Below, in pieces: positions 37,751 to 50,300 of a stretch of DNA of 64,000 nucleotides (position 1 is the first letter of the stretch; every line of letters begins with the position of its first letter). The notes beneath the pieces are model-generated. The model made no database searches. It was not told the origin of the DNA and saw only the letters and a list, made by a program, of their open reading frames with translations. Location of the stretch: NCBI RefSeq assembly GCF_018350175.1, contig NC_058368.1:59584001-59648000 (forward strand), given 5' to 3'. The position numbers and the translations under genes are program-made. The DNA comes from Felis catus (Eukaryota).

Positions 37751-40210
37751 TGATAGCATGTAACTATTTCTTCACAAGTAACCTATAGTTTGTGCTATGA
37801 TCTATTATTTCAGTTCTCATTTCCAAGTCCAAGGTTTTTAAAATATCAGTGTATTTTCTACAAGAAAATATCTGAATATTTTCTCTTGTACCATTTTGCC
37901 TTAACAGTCTAGGTCCATAGCAATCCATCCAAATGAAAAGTTAGCCAGAATGCTTCATAGAGTAAGGGGGAGTTTGGGGTTATATTTCATTATACTTCTG
38001 AGATTTTGTAACAATATTTACCTGAGATTACTACATTTAATATGATGCTTTTCTCTAACTTAATTTTTACTTTCAAACTTTTGCTGTGTTTACATGCATT
38101 GCTCTTTTTAATCCCCACTTTAGTTTCCACTCTTCTCCCCATGTTTCAGATGAGAAAAATGCTTTTTAGTGGTATTAGTCCCTGAAATGTATTGTCATAA
38201 TCCTTCATCTCATTGTTCATTACCATTATTATATTCCTCATCCATCATTACCTATAGAAATATATTCTATGTTTGCATTAAACAAAAGCACGAGATATAA
38301 TCTCTGAACTGTTTCAAAAATAGAATGTCTGCTTAATGAAAATGAGGTTATATTTTCCAGGGTGAGCAATTTACAAGCAAAAAAAAAAAAAAAGTCAAAT
38401 TTCTTAACTTGAAGCCCTGGCTGTATTTATTCCAGACATTGGTGGTAATTCATTACAACTTAAGGCTGTCAAATTGTTTTTGAGATGGAAGCAGACATTA
38501 TACTTTTAATTTACAAGGAAGGTTCTGAGAATCCAAACTCAGAAATCAAGTTTATTCATTGGAAGGTGCCTTTTCAGCAGGTGGCAAGGGGTTCTCTCAG
38601 AGTCATTTGCTTTACTGGTAAAGCACATGCTGTTATATTAACAGCATCAACACATGAAAAATATTTTTTTAAAGAATCTCTATTAACATAAAGTAAATGG
38701 TTTCAGTTTTATTTAAAACAAACAAAATTGTGATAAAAACCAAATGTTGCCACTACACTGTATGATTTTGTTTCATCATGTTTGTTTTTCACTTTGATGG
38801 TTGGATTGAACAGTTTCCCAACACAACTAGTTGGCTCATATTTATCTATAAAGGGGAGAAAAGAACTCCCTCTGAATGGGACCACACAGGAAAATTCCCC
38901 TAGAAAGCTCTGAATCTTGAAACCCAGAATTGACTAAAGCCCAGAGTGATCCCTGTGCAGAAGTGGAAGAAATTGAAACCCACACTGGATGGAGTTTTCT
39001 CATCTACAATTTGTACATGCCACTTTTGAATATGGTATGTTCCTACCTCCAAACAACGTGTGTAGTCATGCTGCTGTAACTATCTACTGATTCTCTCTGC
39101 CTAAGGGATTAAACTCAATTACAGTCCAAAAGCTGTGTAATTTGGGAAGAATTTATCATATGAAACTAGAAGTTTCTTTTTTGTAAATATCTCATTAGTT
39201 TGTTATAGGAATCATATAATATTATGTGTAAAGTGCCTTTATACATAGTAGGTAATTAATATAATTTTATTACAGGATATTGAAAGTTGTAAAATGCAGA
39301 ACATGGTCTCTAATCAGAAATGGTATATTTCTGTATGTTCATAGGAAGAATAAAGTGTTAATTAATAAATAACATTTTAAATATCTAATAGGCAATTATA
39401 ATGGGTAATTTAAAATTACTCGTTACTTTGTTTCAGTCTTCTAGTATAAAAAAACAATTTCTACTCACTCAAAGACTTCTCCCATCAATATTATTCTTCA
39501 TCCTCCCCAGATGACAGCAATAAGCTCATAACAATTCCTTCTATGGATTCCTCCCTGGAGTACCAGTCTCATGTTTTATTTTATTCTCCTGGTAAATTCT
39601 CTTTTCTTGGGGTCATTGCTTTATCCTTTAATCATGACTACATATTATAAAACCATTTGCAAGCACTTATAATATGGAAAGTCTAGTTGTTACTCTACTT
39701 ACATAGTGGAATAGTAGGATCAAACTCCGTCTACATGCCTAATTATGTATATTTGAATTTAAAGGAAAAGATGGATAGACAGAGGAGAGGGGGTATGTGT
39801 TTGTGTGCCATGTATGGGTTCTAGGTGGTCCCTATAGTTTTCTTGTACAATTAAAAAGCAATATGTTAGAGACTCTACAGCTCAGTAATAATGTATAATT
39901 TACAGATTTGTATTCTAATAGAAGGGATAAAATATTATATATGTAATTTAACATCAATTGTGAAAAATTCTTTGTCTTACTGTATATTTTTTCTTCTAAT
40001 AACATTAAGTTTTTTATATACCCCAAATAACAATACTGAAAAATCATAACATATTCAAGGAATTTCTTCTCATATCTTGAGAAATATATAAGATGATTTG
40101 GTGACATTTAGAATTATGTTTGATTCAGTTGATTGAACATAAGGCTGGCATTCCTAAACATTTTAGATAGAAAATCCATTTAGATGTAAAGTATATGTAC
40201 TCTTAGTTTT

Positions 40211-40284
40211 TTTTAATTTTTTAAATTTTTATTTATTTATTTTGAAACAGAGCACACAAGCAGAGGAGAGGTGGGGGGGGGTGG

Positions 40285-40330
<46 letters not shown>

Positions 40331-40459
40331 CCTAAACAGGTTCTGTGCTAATATAAGCACAGAGCCTGATGGAGGGCTTGATCTCACGAGCCATGAGATC
40401 ATGACCTGGGCTGAAATCAAGAGTTGTACACTTAACCACCTGAGTTACCCAGGTGTCCC
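40211..40459 (-). mobile_element. Older Can-SINE
   Basis: TSD tactcttagtttt at 40198-40210 and 40460-40472. Confidence 0.96.
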
Positions 40460-40474
40460 TACTCTTAGTTTTTT

Positions 40475-40706
40475 TTTTTTTTTTTTTTAATTTTTTTTTT
40501 CAACATTTATTTATTTTTTTTGGGACAGAGAGAGACAGAGCATGAACGGGGGAGGGGCAGAGAGAGAGGGAGACACAGAATCGGAAACAGGATCCAGGCT
40601 CTGAGCCATCAGCCCAGAGCCCGACGCGGGGCTCGAACTCACGGACCGCGAGATCGTGACCTGGCTGAAGTCGGACGCTTAACCGACTGCGCCACCCAGG
40701 CGCCCC
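40475..40706 (-). mobile_element. Young SINEC_Fc (left arm of inverted pair)
   Basis: Near-consensus body with CpGs intact; body is the exact reverse complement of 40811-40996. Confidence 0.98.
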
Positions 40707-40810
40707 TCATGAAACATTTTTTAAACTCAATGCATATTAAAATATACGTAAGTGATGATAAATGTGAATGAGCGTACTTTTCATGTTTTGCTTTTAAAAA
40801 ACTAAGAGTA

Positions 40811-41032
40811 GGGGCGCCTGGGTGGCGCAGTCGGTTAAGCGTCCGACTTCAGCCAGGTCACGATCTCGCGGTCCGTGAGTTCGAGCCCCGCGTCGGGCTC
40901 TGGGCTGATGGCTCAGAGCCTGGATCCTGTTTCCGATTCTGTGTCTCCCTCTCTCTCTGCCCCTCCCCCGTTCATGCTCTGTCTCTCTCTGTCCCAAAAA
41001 TAAAAATAAAAACGTTGAAAAAAAAAGTTTAA
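40811..41032 (+). mobile_element. Young SINEC_Fc (right arm of inverted pair)
   Basis: ggggcgcctgggtggcgcagtcggttaagcgtccgac... near-consensus, A-rich tail. Confidence 0.98.
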
Positions 41033-41257
41033 AAAAAATGTTTCATGAGTATTAATATATAGACATAAGTCAAAAATATCAGAACTACCAAGAGTACAGT
41101 TTTCTAAAGTTTAAAATTATACAGTTTAGAAGACTACTTCAACACTTATTCTCCATCAAGTTTAGTGACAAATTAAATGAAGAAAGTAGACTATGGCCAT
41201 CTTATTCTTCTGTAATTATGGATGTCTGTGCATAAATTTACTCTGTATTCAGGTAAG

Positions 41258-41790
41258 CATTCAGTCACTAACTCAACAAATTCTGTTTGAAAATTTTTCT
41301 GGTAATCACTGCATATAAAGTGGTATAAGAAAAGTTCAGGGAGCATAGCAGCAAACAAGAAAAAAAGAGGAATATTAATAAAAAAATTTTTAGAGGATTT
41401 TAGTATCTTATTAGGCTGATTTGTTTTGTTTTCAAATTACCTGAAAATGAACTTGATTGAAAGTTGCTACTATTTTTTTTCTTTTCCACATTTACTGCTA
41501 CAGTCTTTTACTCAGTTATTTCTTAAGTATCTACATTTTACCATTCTGTACAACAGACAATGCAGTGTGGAAGAGGAATAAAAGGACACACCTTATGAAT
41601 TCATCACCTATTAAGGAGATAAAATCAATAATTTGGTTGAGAATTAACTGTGTGCAAGGATAGAGTTGTGAGAAAAAGGAGCATGAAGGTTGATTACTAC
41701 AACTTTTTGGTTTTTTTGTTTGTTAAAATGGACAGGGATGCCAATTATCATCGGAGGACATTGGTGATGAGTGGGCCTGCATAGGAAGAA
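41258..41790 (-). mobile_element. LINE-2 relic fragments
   Basis: cattcagtcactaactcaacaaa (antisense L2 3' tip-like) and a purine-rich L2-like stretch at 41620-41790. Confidence 0.4.
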
Positions 41791-43304
41791 CAGAACTCAT
41801 AGGAATGGCATAGATTAAAGGAAATAACTGGTGTCGGAAACTGCAGCACTGTACCCAAAAGTCTTTTCGAGCGCATTTCAGGCATCAAAATCAGCTTGTG
41901 TTTTCCAATTACTGTTTGAGCTCCCACAGAGATAAACTGTGAACTTCTCTTACCAGGGATTCAAATACAAGGGAAGTGGGTGCACTTTTAAAAGTGGAGC
42001 AGGTGTTTGTCAACCAAAGTAACTTGCTGGACCCCAGTGGAAGAGAGATGAGTTCAGCGCTTCAGAAAATGGGAGTGCTGATGGCTGGAGGGCCATAGTT
42101 ACCCACAAAATAGAGTATTCTAAGGGTTTTGTGAGAATCAAAGAACACACAAAATGAAACCAATGAGTAAGTGTTGTTTCTTTCACAGTTCTTATTTTGC
42201 AGTGTTTTCATTTCTTTCTCATTTAACATACCTGAATTTTATTCCGTTGTTCTTTTCAACCATTGTCTACACCATCCTAGATTAATGAATTTTTATTTCT
42301 CTATTTCCCAAATTTTATCGTATTTGTTGAAGGACCACTGCCTTTCGCATTGTTTTCCTCCTAGTTGAACAGATATAGTTAAATTGGCATTTCTATATGT
42401 AAATTCTAATATTGTACAGGAAGTATGCCTCCCAAAACAAAACATTTCAAAATATCATTTCAAAATATCATTTCAATATTATAATCTACACCCTGCTCAT
42501 AATTAAGATGATGTATGTTTTCTCCTGATGAACCCAATTCCCATCTACTTGCTTATCCCAGGGACAGGTAGAAACAATTTAAAATACTATTATGATTTCC
42601 CTTATGAGAACTGTTTTACTTGAGAAGTTTTTTGTTATAGCAGTTATATTACAGTGCACACTCTTATTGTCTTAATTTTTGTTTGTTTTTAGATTTAGGC
42701 CATAGTATTAGAAATACTAATCTTCTTTATGTATTTTGTCTTCAATTAACTTCTTTTTCTGATTTGATCTTCATTTGATTATAGTATATCAAATAATTAT
42801 GTAGCTATCTCATATTTGCATGTATGGAAGTTTCTTTCTTACCTCTGTTCTGGCAGGTGAAAAATACTTTGGCTGGGTATATTTCTTGATAATATATCAG
42901 TTTTTACGTTTCATCCTTACCGCTCTCCCTTTGTCTCTCCCTCCTTCCCTCCATCCCTTCCATTCATGCTGACTTCCTTGCTTCTCTTTTTCAATAAAGA
43001 TTAGTAAGACAGTTACCAAAACTGGAATGGGGTGTGTAGATAAGAATATATACATGGATCAAATCCAATTTCATAATTTTTATTTATTCTGATTATGTAA
43101 AATTCTCTTTATTTGTTGAAAATGCCTACTAAAGAGTTATGAAATGGTAGGGCTTAATGTCAGTGGCTTATTTTTATATTGCTCAAGCAAAAAAGGTTCT
43201 CTGTACAAGTATTGCAACAATTTTACACATTGGTAATTATTTTGAAATAAAACGAAATGTTGTGACATTAAGTTCTAGTTTTTATTTTTAAAGATGTAAT
43301 TCTA

Positions 43305-43514
43305 GGGGTACCTGGGTGGCTCAGTTGGTTAAGCATCCTACTTGGGCTCAGGTCTTGATTTCACAGTTCATGGGTTCGAGCCCTATATCTAGTTCTTTGC
43401 TGTCAGCCCCGAGCCCACTTCAGATCCTGTGTCTCCTTCTCTCTCTGCTATCAGAGAGATAGCTCATGCTATCATTCTTCCTCTCTCAAAAATAAACAAG
43501 CATTTAAAAAAATT
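43305..43514 (+). mobile_element. Can-SINE
   Basis: Perfect TSD aagatgtaattcta (43291-43304 / 43515-43528). Confidence 0.96.
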
Positions 43515-44604
43515 AAGATGTAATTCTATAGAGGTTTGATTGTTTTGTAAGTACTACTGTCTATGGATATATACTATAAGAATTCCTTTTTATACATGGA
43601 ATTCAGAAATGCCATCCACATAGCTCTAGAACTTTGTCATTTTTAAGTAATTTTGCCTCGGTGTCTGTGCAGCATTGTTGAAAAGGAAAAGGAAAGCCTT
43701 TATTAAGTTTTTTGGTATTTTCTATTTTCTTATCTCCCATGGATATCACAATATGTGCCTATTAGAATCTGGTTGTCTGTTTTCTCCATCTCTACTAATA
43801 CTAACGTTGATGATTTTTCTTCAGTCTGTCACTCTACACATACTACTCCTCTATAATTTAAGCACTAAAACAATTCATTATATACAGCATCAAATGCGCA
43901 GTAAAGCAGTATTTTTAAAAGAATGATGCATTCTGTTTGAGAGGATACTATTTTGCAGACATTTAGCTCTTTCTTGCTGTCATGTGTATGTATGTATTAT
44001 AAAGGCCTCTGGTTAGGACATGAAACATGAATAAAATGAAAACTATAATTTTTCAGCACAAAAGATTTAGGAAATATAACTGAAATTTTATTTTAATTAT
44101 TACTCTCTTTTTTACATTTACAGAGCTTTGAAATATTCTCTCTTATTAACCTTCAATGATGACAGGAACCATGTACTGATTTATCTTTCAGAGGTTTGCA
44201 CAGATTGTCAACAACACAATAATTCAAAATGCTATTATAATGAAGTATGTATCATGAAAAGATTATGTAAACTATCAAAATATAATAACTATCTTATCTT
44301 CCACATAATCAGTTTAGTAATTTGACCTTTTATTGAATATACGTGGCTTTTATTCAGTGTAAAAATTTGATACAAATGCTTAAAAAATAAATTATTTAAT
44401 CAGAGTTTTTAATGCAGTTGCTATTTTTCTTTAGTTTTTTCCCCTTTTTATGATTTTCTTTCTAAAACCTACTCCAAACAATTCTTGGTTTGCTGTTATA
44501 TATTAAAGGCAGTTGTAGAAATAAAACTGTTATTAAATGAGGAACAGATAACAGTGTTAATGCTAATAGTAAAGGTCCAGGAAACAACATAATGATTTTA
44601 TATG

Positions 44605-44710
44605 CTTTCATTCATTTAACTGTCTAATAGTTATTTGTTACAGGCACTGTTGTAAATTATGATGATGTTGCAGACACATAACAAAACACACCTCTACTTT
44701 TCTTACCTTA
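44605..44710 (-). mobile_element. LINE-2 3' tip relic
   Basis: ttcattcatttaac...caggcactgttgta. Confidence 0.5.
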
Positions 44711-45009
44711 CATAATAATAATGAACAAAGCGTAACGTTAAAAATAAAGGCAGCTTTAACTTGATGCTGTTCATTCAGTAATATTAAGAAAAATATTGAA
44801 ATAAAGTATGGAAGTTTTACATATAATTTAAATGCCAAACAAGACAATAATAAATTTCTTACATTTTCTGAATTAACTTAAAATATTATTTATAAAATTT
44901 CATGCATTAAATATTTAATTTTATATAAATAGTATTTCATATAACATAGTTATAATATTCCTTTTTTTTAATATAACATCAAGGACTTATTTAGGTCAAT
45001 ACATGGCCA

Positions 45010-45310
45010 AAAACACACTCACACTTTCCTTCATCCCAATTCTTTTCCTTTTTCCCTTTCCTTCAATCTCTTGCTTCTGAGAAGGCCCATAGACCTTCAT
45101 GAAGTCAGGGAAGACCTTTGAAAATGTTTTTGTTGCATTATAAAAGACATGGGCTAGAGAAGAAAATGTGTTCTTGCCGTAATCACCTTCTTCTTCCTGT
45201 CTTTAATACGAATGAGATATTTAGAATATGGGAAGGTATCTTAAGACCAAAAGTTTTGTGAAAAAATGCAGTCAATATTCAAAGGATGAGAAAAAGGAAA
45301 AGGTCCCCAA
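45010..45310 (+). mobile_element. Old ERVL/MaLR LTR relic (LTR33/MLT1-like)
   Basis: ttcttcctgtctttaatacgaatgagatatttagaatatggga...tcttaagacca weakly matches recalled consensus. Confidence 0.35.
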
Positions 45311-45601
45311 TGTTTTTTAATAAACAATAAATGTTCTTTAAAAAAATCACTATAGAAACTCACTATCAGATTTTTCTAATATGTATTAGAAAATTGTATA
45401 TAATTAAGATATAAATAATATATCATATAATTAATTATATATAATTGATATATAATAGTTATATGACTAAATAATCATATATATATGATACATTTATATC
45501 ATATATATATAAAACTCATTTGCACCAAAGTTTAAATATACATGATCAAATGTATTCCCTGGAAAGAACAAATAAGAAATTAGGTCAGATTTGTTATTTA
45601 A

Positions 45602-45793
45602 GGGGCACCTGGGTGCCTCAGTGGGTTAAGTACTGACTCTTAATTTCAATACAGGTCATGATCTCTTGGTTCATGGGTGGAGCCCCACATTCGGCTCTGC
45701 ACTGTCAGTGTGGAACCTGCTTGGGATTCTTTCTCTCTCTGACCCTCCCCTGCTTGTTTTTTCTCTCTTTCAAAATAAATACACATTAAAAAA
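45602..45793 (+). mobile_element. Can-SINE
   Basis: Head ggggcacctgggtgcctcagt, caaaataaat tail. Confidence 0.95.
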
Positions 45794-48651
45794 TTGTTTT
45801 GTGAGGTGAATTATGTTTATTTTAGAAACATTACGATTACTTACATATTGATGTGTTTGCAGTAGTAAAACAAATCCCCAAAATATTTGAAATAAATATT
45901 GGAATATATCTAATTTATGTCTTTCTTCAGAGTCGTGTGTCAACATATCTTCATTTCTCTGTTCAGTTATTTGATCACTAAATTTATTTTATCTCATAAA
46001 AATAGCATTATTTTAATTTTCAACTAATCAAAATGAAGAAACATGCAACAATAACATAAAATGGAAGTTACTAAATACTTGAGTAAAGTGATAAAATTTG
46101 GCTACAAATCCTCTTATGAGAGTCCAGAAAAATATCAAAAAGGAGATATTTCTTCCACCAAAATTTGTAATATATAATCATGCTTTTTTTCTAGTTTCCA
46201 TTATATAAATATAATTGTGGTTATTTTCCACTATGCAAATTAACACACACTATTTAAGGACTGGAAATAATTCTGTTGTATCATATTTAATTAACTGTAT
46301 TTTATTTTTAGATACAGAATTTGTGTTAAATTTTGATCTTACAAAAATTAAAACAATCATTGAATGATAGTTTCCCCAAAACTTCTACAATTATTATTAA
46401 TTGAATATGATAATTCCTATGCATCTATGATAGCATAGAAATTTCTTCTATCTTTATTTAAATAATGTGTTTTCTCATCATTGCTTCCTTGTAGTTGAAT
46501 TTTATGATTTTCGTTTGGTTTTGCAATGTGGAGACTTTTAGAGCATACTAAGCAGATATCTCATGGCATGACATTTATGAATATTAATCTTTATGTGGGA
46601 CAGTGAATATTAGCAGAAGAAAGTGTGTGTGTATTTGTGTAGGGGTGTGTTTATGAATACTTAACACAGTAGAATATGAATGATGTTATATATCTTCTAA
46701 TTACACATTAGGCTTGAGAGTTCTAATGTCTCTTATGGAGGTGAGATAAAATGGGGTCTGTATGTAATAAAAATCAAGCAACTGATAGAAGAGAACAGAG
46801 GAACACAAAGACAAAAGAAACTTGCTGATGATGTTCATTAATTGGGGAAACTCTGTGACCTGGAAAATGAATCAATAGAAATGTTCAAGAAATGTTTTGC
46901 AACATATAGACTCTCTATCCGACCCTGATGGCCAGTGTCTCCCATCCACTTTCCATCATGTAGAAAGACCATCTGGGAAGGATATGGCTAGCTTTTTACT
47001 TGGCTGTAACCACGAAGGTTGTTAATACGAAATTCTTAACATGTAACTACTAGTCAGTTATCAATGAAATTGTATCACCTATCTCAGGAACAATATTCAG
47101 AGTTGCATTAGTAGTAGATAAGATATCCAAGATATGAGTAAAAGTAACAAATCAAAAATCACAGCAATAGTAGCACAACAGGCATTTCTGTTATACATGT
47201 GAGCTTTCTCCAAAGGTATATTAGTTTTTTCAAGAATGGCATAAAAAATCACAAATTAATGGGGTAACATATATGGTCTCATAGCGTTTAATAAATTGAT
47301 GTAATAGTTTTCCTCAGAAACATCTTTTCCAGGTTTTGAAAGTAGTTATAGGACATTCCAGGGCCAACTAAGTTCTTATAGGGATCCAAGATATCTGTGG
47401 ATACTCAGGAAGAAAAAGTGACACAAACTCATTGCTCATTGCTCATTGATCTATTTCAAAATGATTCAGTATAGCAAAACCTGGAATTAGTATACTTAAT
47501 ATGTTTTCAAAAGAAAGCAGAATGGACAAAATTCTACTAATACAAGTTATTTCATTTATTTCACCCAGGTAAGAGCCAGCTGATCAGAGAGTATCAAATA
47601 TAGCATGGCTCATCAGAAAAGCTCATTTGTCATGTCTCTCATGCTAAGTTCCATTATAAAGAATAGAAAGATTTTGAAGGTCTTTTTTAAAGCAAAAATG
47701 TTTTAAGTTTCAGGAAGCAGAGTGTCTACAGATAACCCCTTCATTCCCAAAGGGATTTCCACCCTGAGAGAGATAAAAGAACTCCATTAAACATGCTGGT
47801 AACCTTCTGCTTGGAACAGAAAGACTGTGACACTCTGTGTGACTTCCTGGCCCATGCATACAGATAAGTTTATTGAATGAACTGAATGAACTACATAGGG
47901 TGCCAGCATAAAGCGACTCTATTCTTTTTTTTACATCTTCTTGCCATTTACTCTCCCAAGTTGTTTTTCTCACCCAGAATGGAATATCTGTTTTGTCCAT
48001 CAATAGAAGACAATAAATAGTCTATGGGTCAAATAATAAAATACAGTCCAGAAAACTTTGAAAACTACAAACTTGTTTAACTTAAGTGTAGTTCAAGGCT
48101 GTCCTCAGCCAGTAAAATCACAGTGCAAGGGGGGACACGTTTGGTCTTTTTTCTTCACCTACTTTCATTCTCTGTTCTAGCTGTTGTTGTGGGATTCATC
48201 ACATTTGGAACAAGAAGCAGACAGAGGTAGGGGATATAATTGGCAGGGTTACTTGACTCTTCACTGGTGGTTTCTACTTATGGCATGTTTCAAATAATGA
48301 TTTGTGTGTGTACGTGTGTGTGTCGTATTTTCCATATGTTGTTCAGAGAACGCTCACCAGTAAGACCTCTCTTTTATGGTCTCCTTGATGTTTGCAATGA
48401 CTCTCACAAATGGGATGACTCTTATTTAAGAGGCATGTACTCCATCTTTCTACCTCAGTTCCTCAAATGGTTCACAGGAAATATATCTTCAATCTGTTGC
48501 AATCTAGAAGCCAACCGCCTTTCTCAAGACAGTCCCCTGTCCTCTCTAGGCTGAGTAAGAGGGCAATGATCAACTTTTATTTTAATATCCTGCATTTCTC
48601 CTCCATAAATATGTTACACAAAACAAAACAAAACAAAAAAATTAAAGAACA

Positions 48652-48845
48652 GGGGTGCCTGGATGGCTCAATCGGTTAAGTGTCCGACTCTTCATTTCAG
48701 CTCAGGTCATGATCTCTCAGTTCGTGAGTTCGAGCCCTGCATCAGGCTCCATGCTGATAGTGTGGAGTCTGCTTAAGATTCTCTCTTTATTTCTTTGCCT
48801 CTCCTATGATCTCTATCTCTTTCTCAAAAATAAATATTAAAAAAA
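48652..48845 (+). mobile_element. Can-SINE
   Basis: Head ggggtgcctggatggctcaatcggttaag. Confidence 0.95.
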
Positions 48846-49079
48846 TAACAGATGCTTTGATGTGCTTTTGCTAGTAATATCTATTCAACAAATGTATCAT
48901 AGATAAAGTTAGAAAAAATGTGTTGAGGGATGATCATTGAAACATATAAACACAAAGCATAAGTATCCAGAATCGCTCTCTCTCTTATTCCGTCTTTCTC
49001 TCCATCTCGATCTCTGTATCTATCTTTATCTTAATTTCTACCTCTCTATCAATAAAGCGGGGTAACTCATTATAAAGAA

Positions 49080-49830
49080 TGAAAGAATGAATGGAAGTTG
49101 TAAATTGACAATGTGTAGAAGATAAATAGCAATGAATGTAATGTACCTCACTTCATTTCAGATAAATGAAAATTCTACTAATACATAATTTCAAACACAA
49201 AACATTAAGGTAAATGGTAAAATTAAATGATGACACATATTGGATAAATTAGAATTGTCCTACTTGCTGGTAAAGGTGTAAATAATAAAAAAATTGGAAA
49301 AACAATATGCCAAGATCTCATAAATTGTGAAGACATGCATATCACTCAGTACTCAGTTCTACTCCTTTATTTATACATATGTGCCAAAAGGGGAAAAACC
49401 AAGTGTGTGAATGTTCACTGAAGCATTGTTTACAATAGCCAAATGTATTGAGACAATAGAAATGTTTTATCAGTATAAGATGGTACAGCCATATTATTAA
49501 CCATGGATTGACATAAATGGAAGCATATCTACTAATGTGTATGTTATCAGATGATATAGTGACAGGTAAAGAGAGAAGATCTTGCTACATATGTAGTTAA
49601 ATGTTAAAATATGCATGAGGATAGTAAATACCATATTTAAAATGTATTGCAAGGAATTATAGGAGTGAAATTAGTTTCAAGACTTCAAATATATCTGGAA
49701 AACCTTCCTACATAAATTATAGTATAGGAAATATTACCATATTTAAGATATATCAAAGCAAGGTGGTGGATATAAAACCATTCTTACTTTATTTGCTAAT
49801 GTACAATATGCTTAAAAATATGTCAGGATA
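49080..49830 (+). mobile_element. Very old L1 (L1ME-like) ORF2 end/3' UTR
   Basis: ttgctggtaaaggtgtaaat and gaatgttcactgaagcattgtttacaatagccaaa. Confidence 0.6.
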
Positions 49831-50219
49831 AAGTGAAAAAATGCCTACAAAATGCCTAATAAAAATTTTCATTTATATATCTTAAGTGCTTTTCTTATCT
49901 GACTTGTCTTTCTCCTTGAGAGCCTGTATTTTTTTAAAAATGAAATATTTTATTCAATATATCATTTAATATTAATAGTATTAGTATTAATATTTATATA
50001 GTTTATTAAATATATCAAAGATGTATTAAATATATCAAAGAATATTATTAGCATGTTTTCTTATTAAGCACCTTGTACAAATTACCATGTTTTATTTGGT
50101 CATGGGTATATGCATTAGTTGTTTATGGTTACCATAAATAATTACCTGAAAGAGTACCAGCATATTTTTTTATTAAACATCTTGTACAACTTACCACATT
50201 TGATTTTCTCTGTGGATAT

Positions 50220-50300
50220 ATGCATTAGTTTTCAATGCCCACCATGAAACATTACCCTAAACTTAGTGGTTGAATCAGCACAAATTTATTATCTCACCAT
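50220..50300 (-). mobile_element. MLT1 LTR end fragment
   Basis: tgcattagttttc...ccctaaacttagtggttgaatcagcacaaatttattatctcac. Confidence 0.65.

Noticed and set aside
40520..40997. Two ORFs with an identical Arg-rich peptide on opposite strands
   Set aside because: Antisense reading of SINE bodies; not genes
42443..42476. 13-bp tandem repeat catttcaaaatat x2.5
   Set aside because: Ordinary slippage duplication
47710..48003. 97-aa minus-strand ORF in unique sequence
   Set aside because: No recognisable homology or gene structure; length attainable by chance
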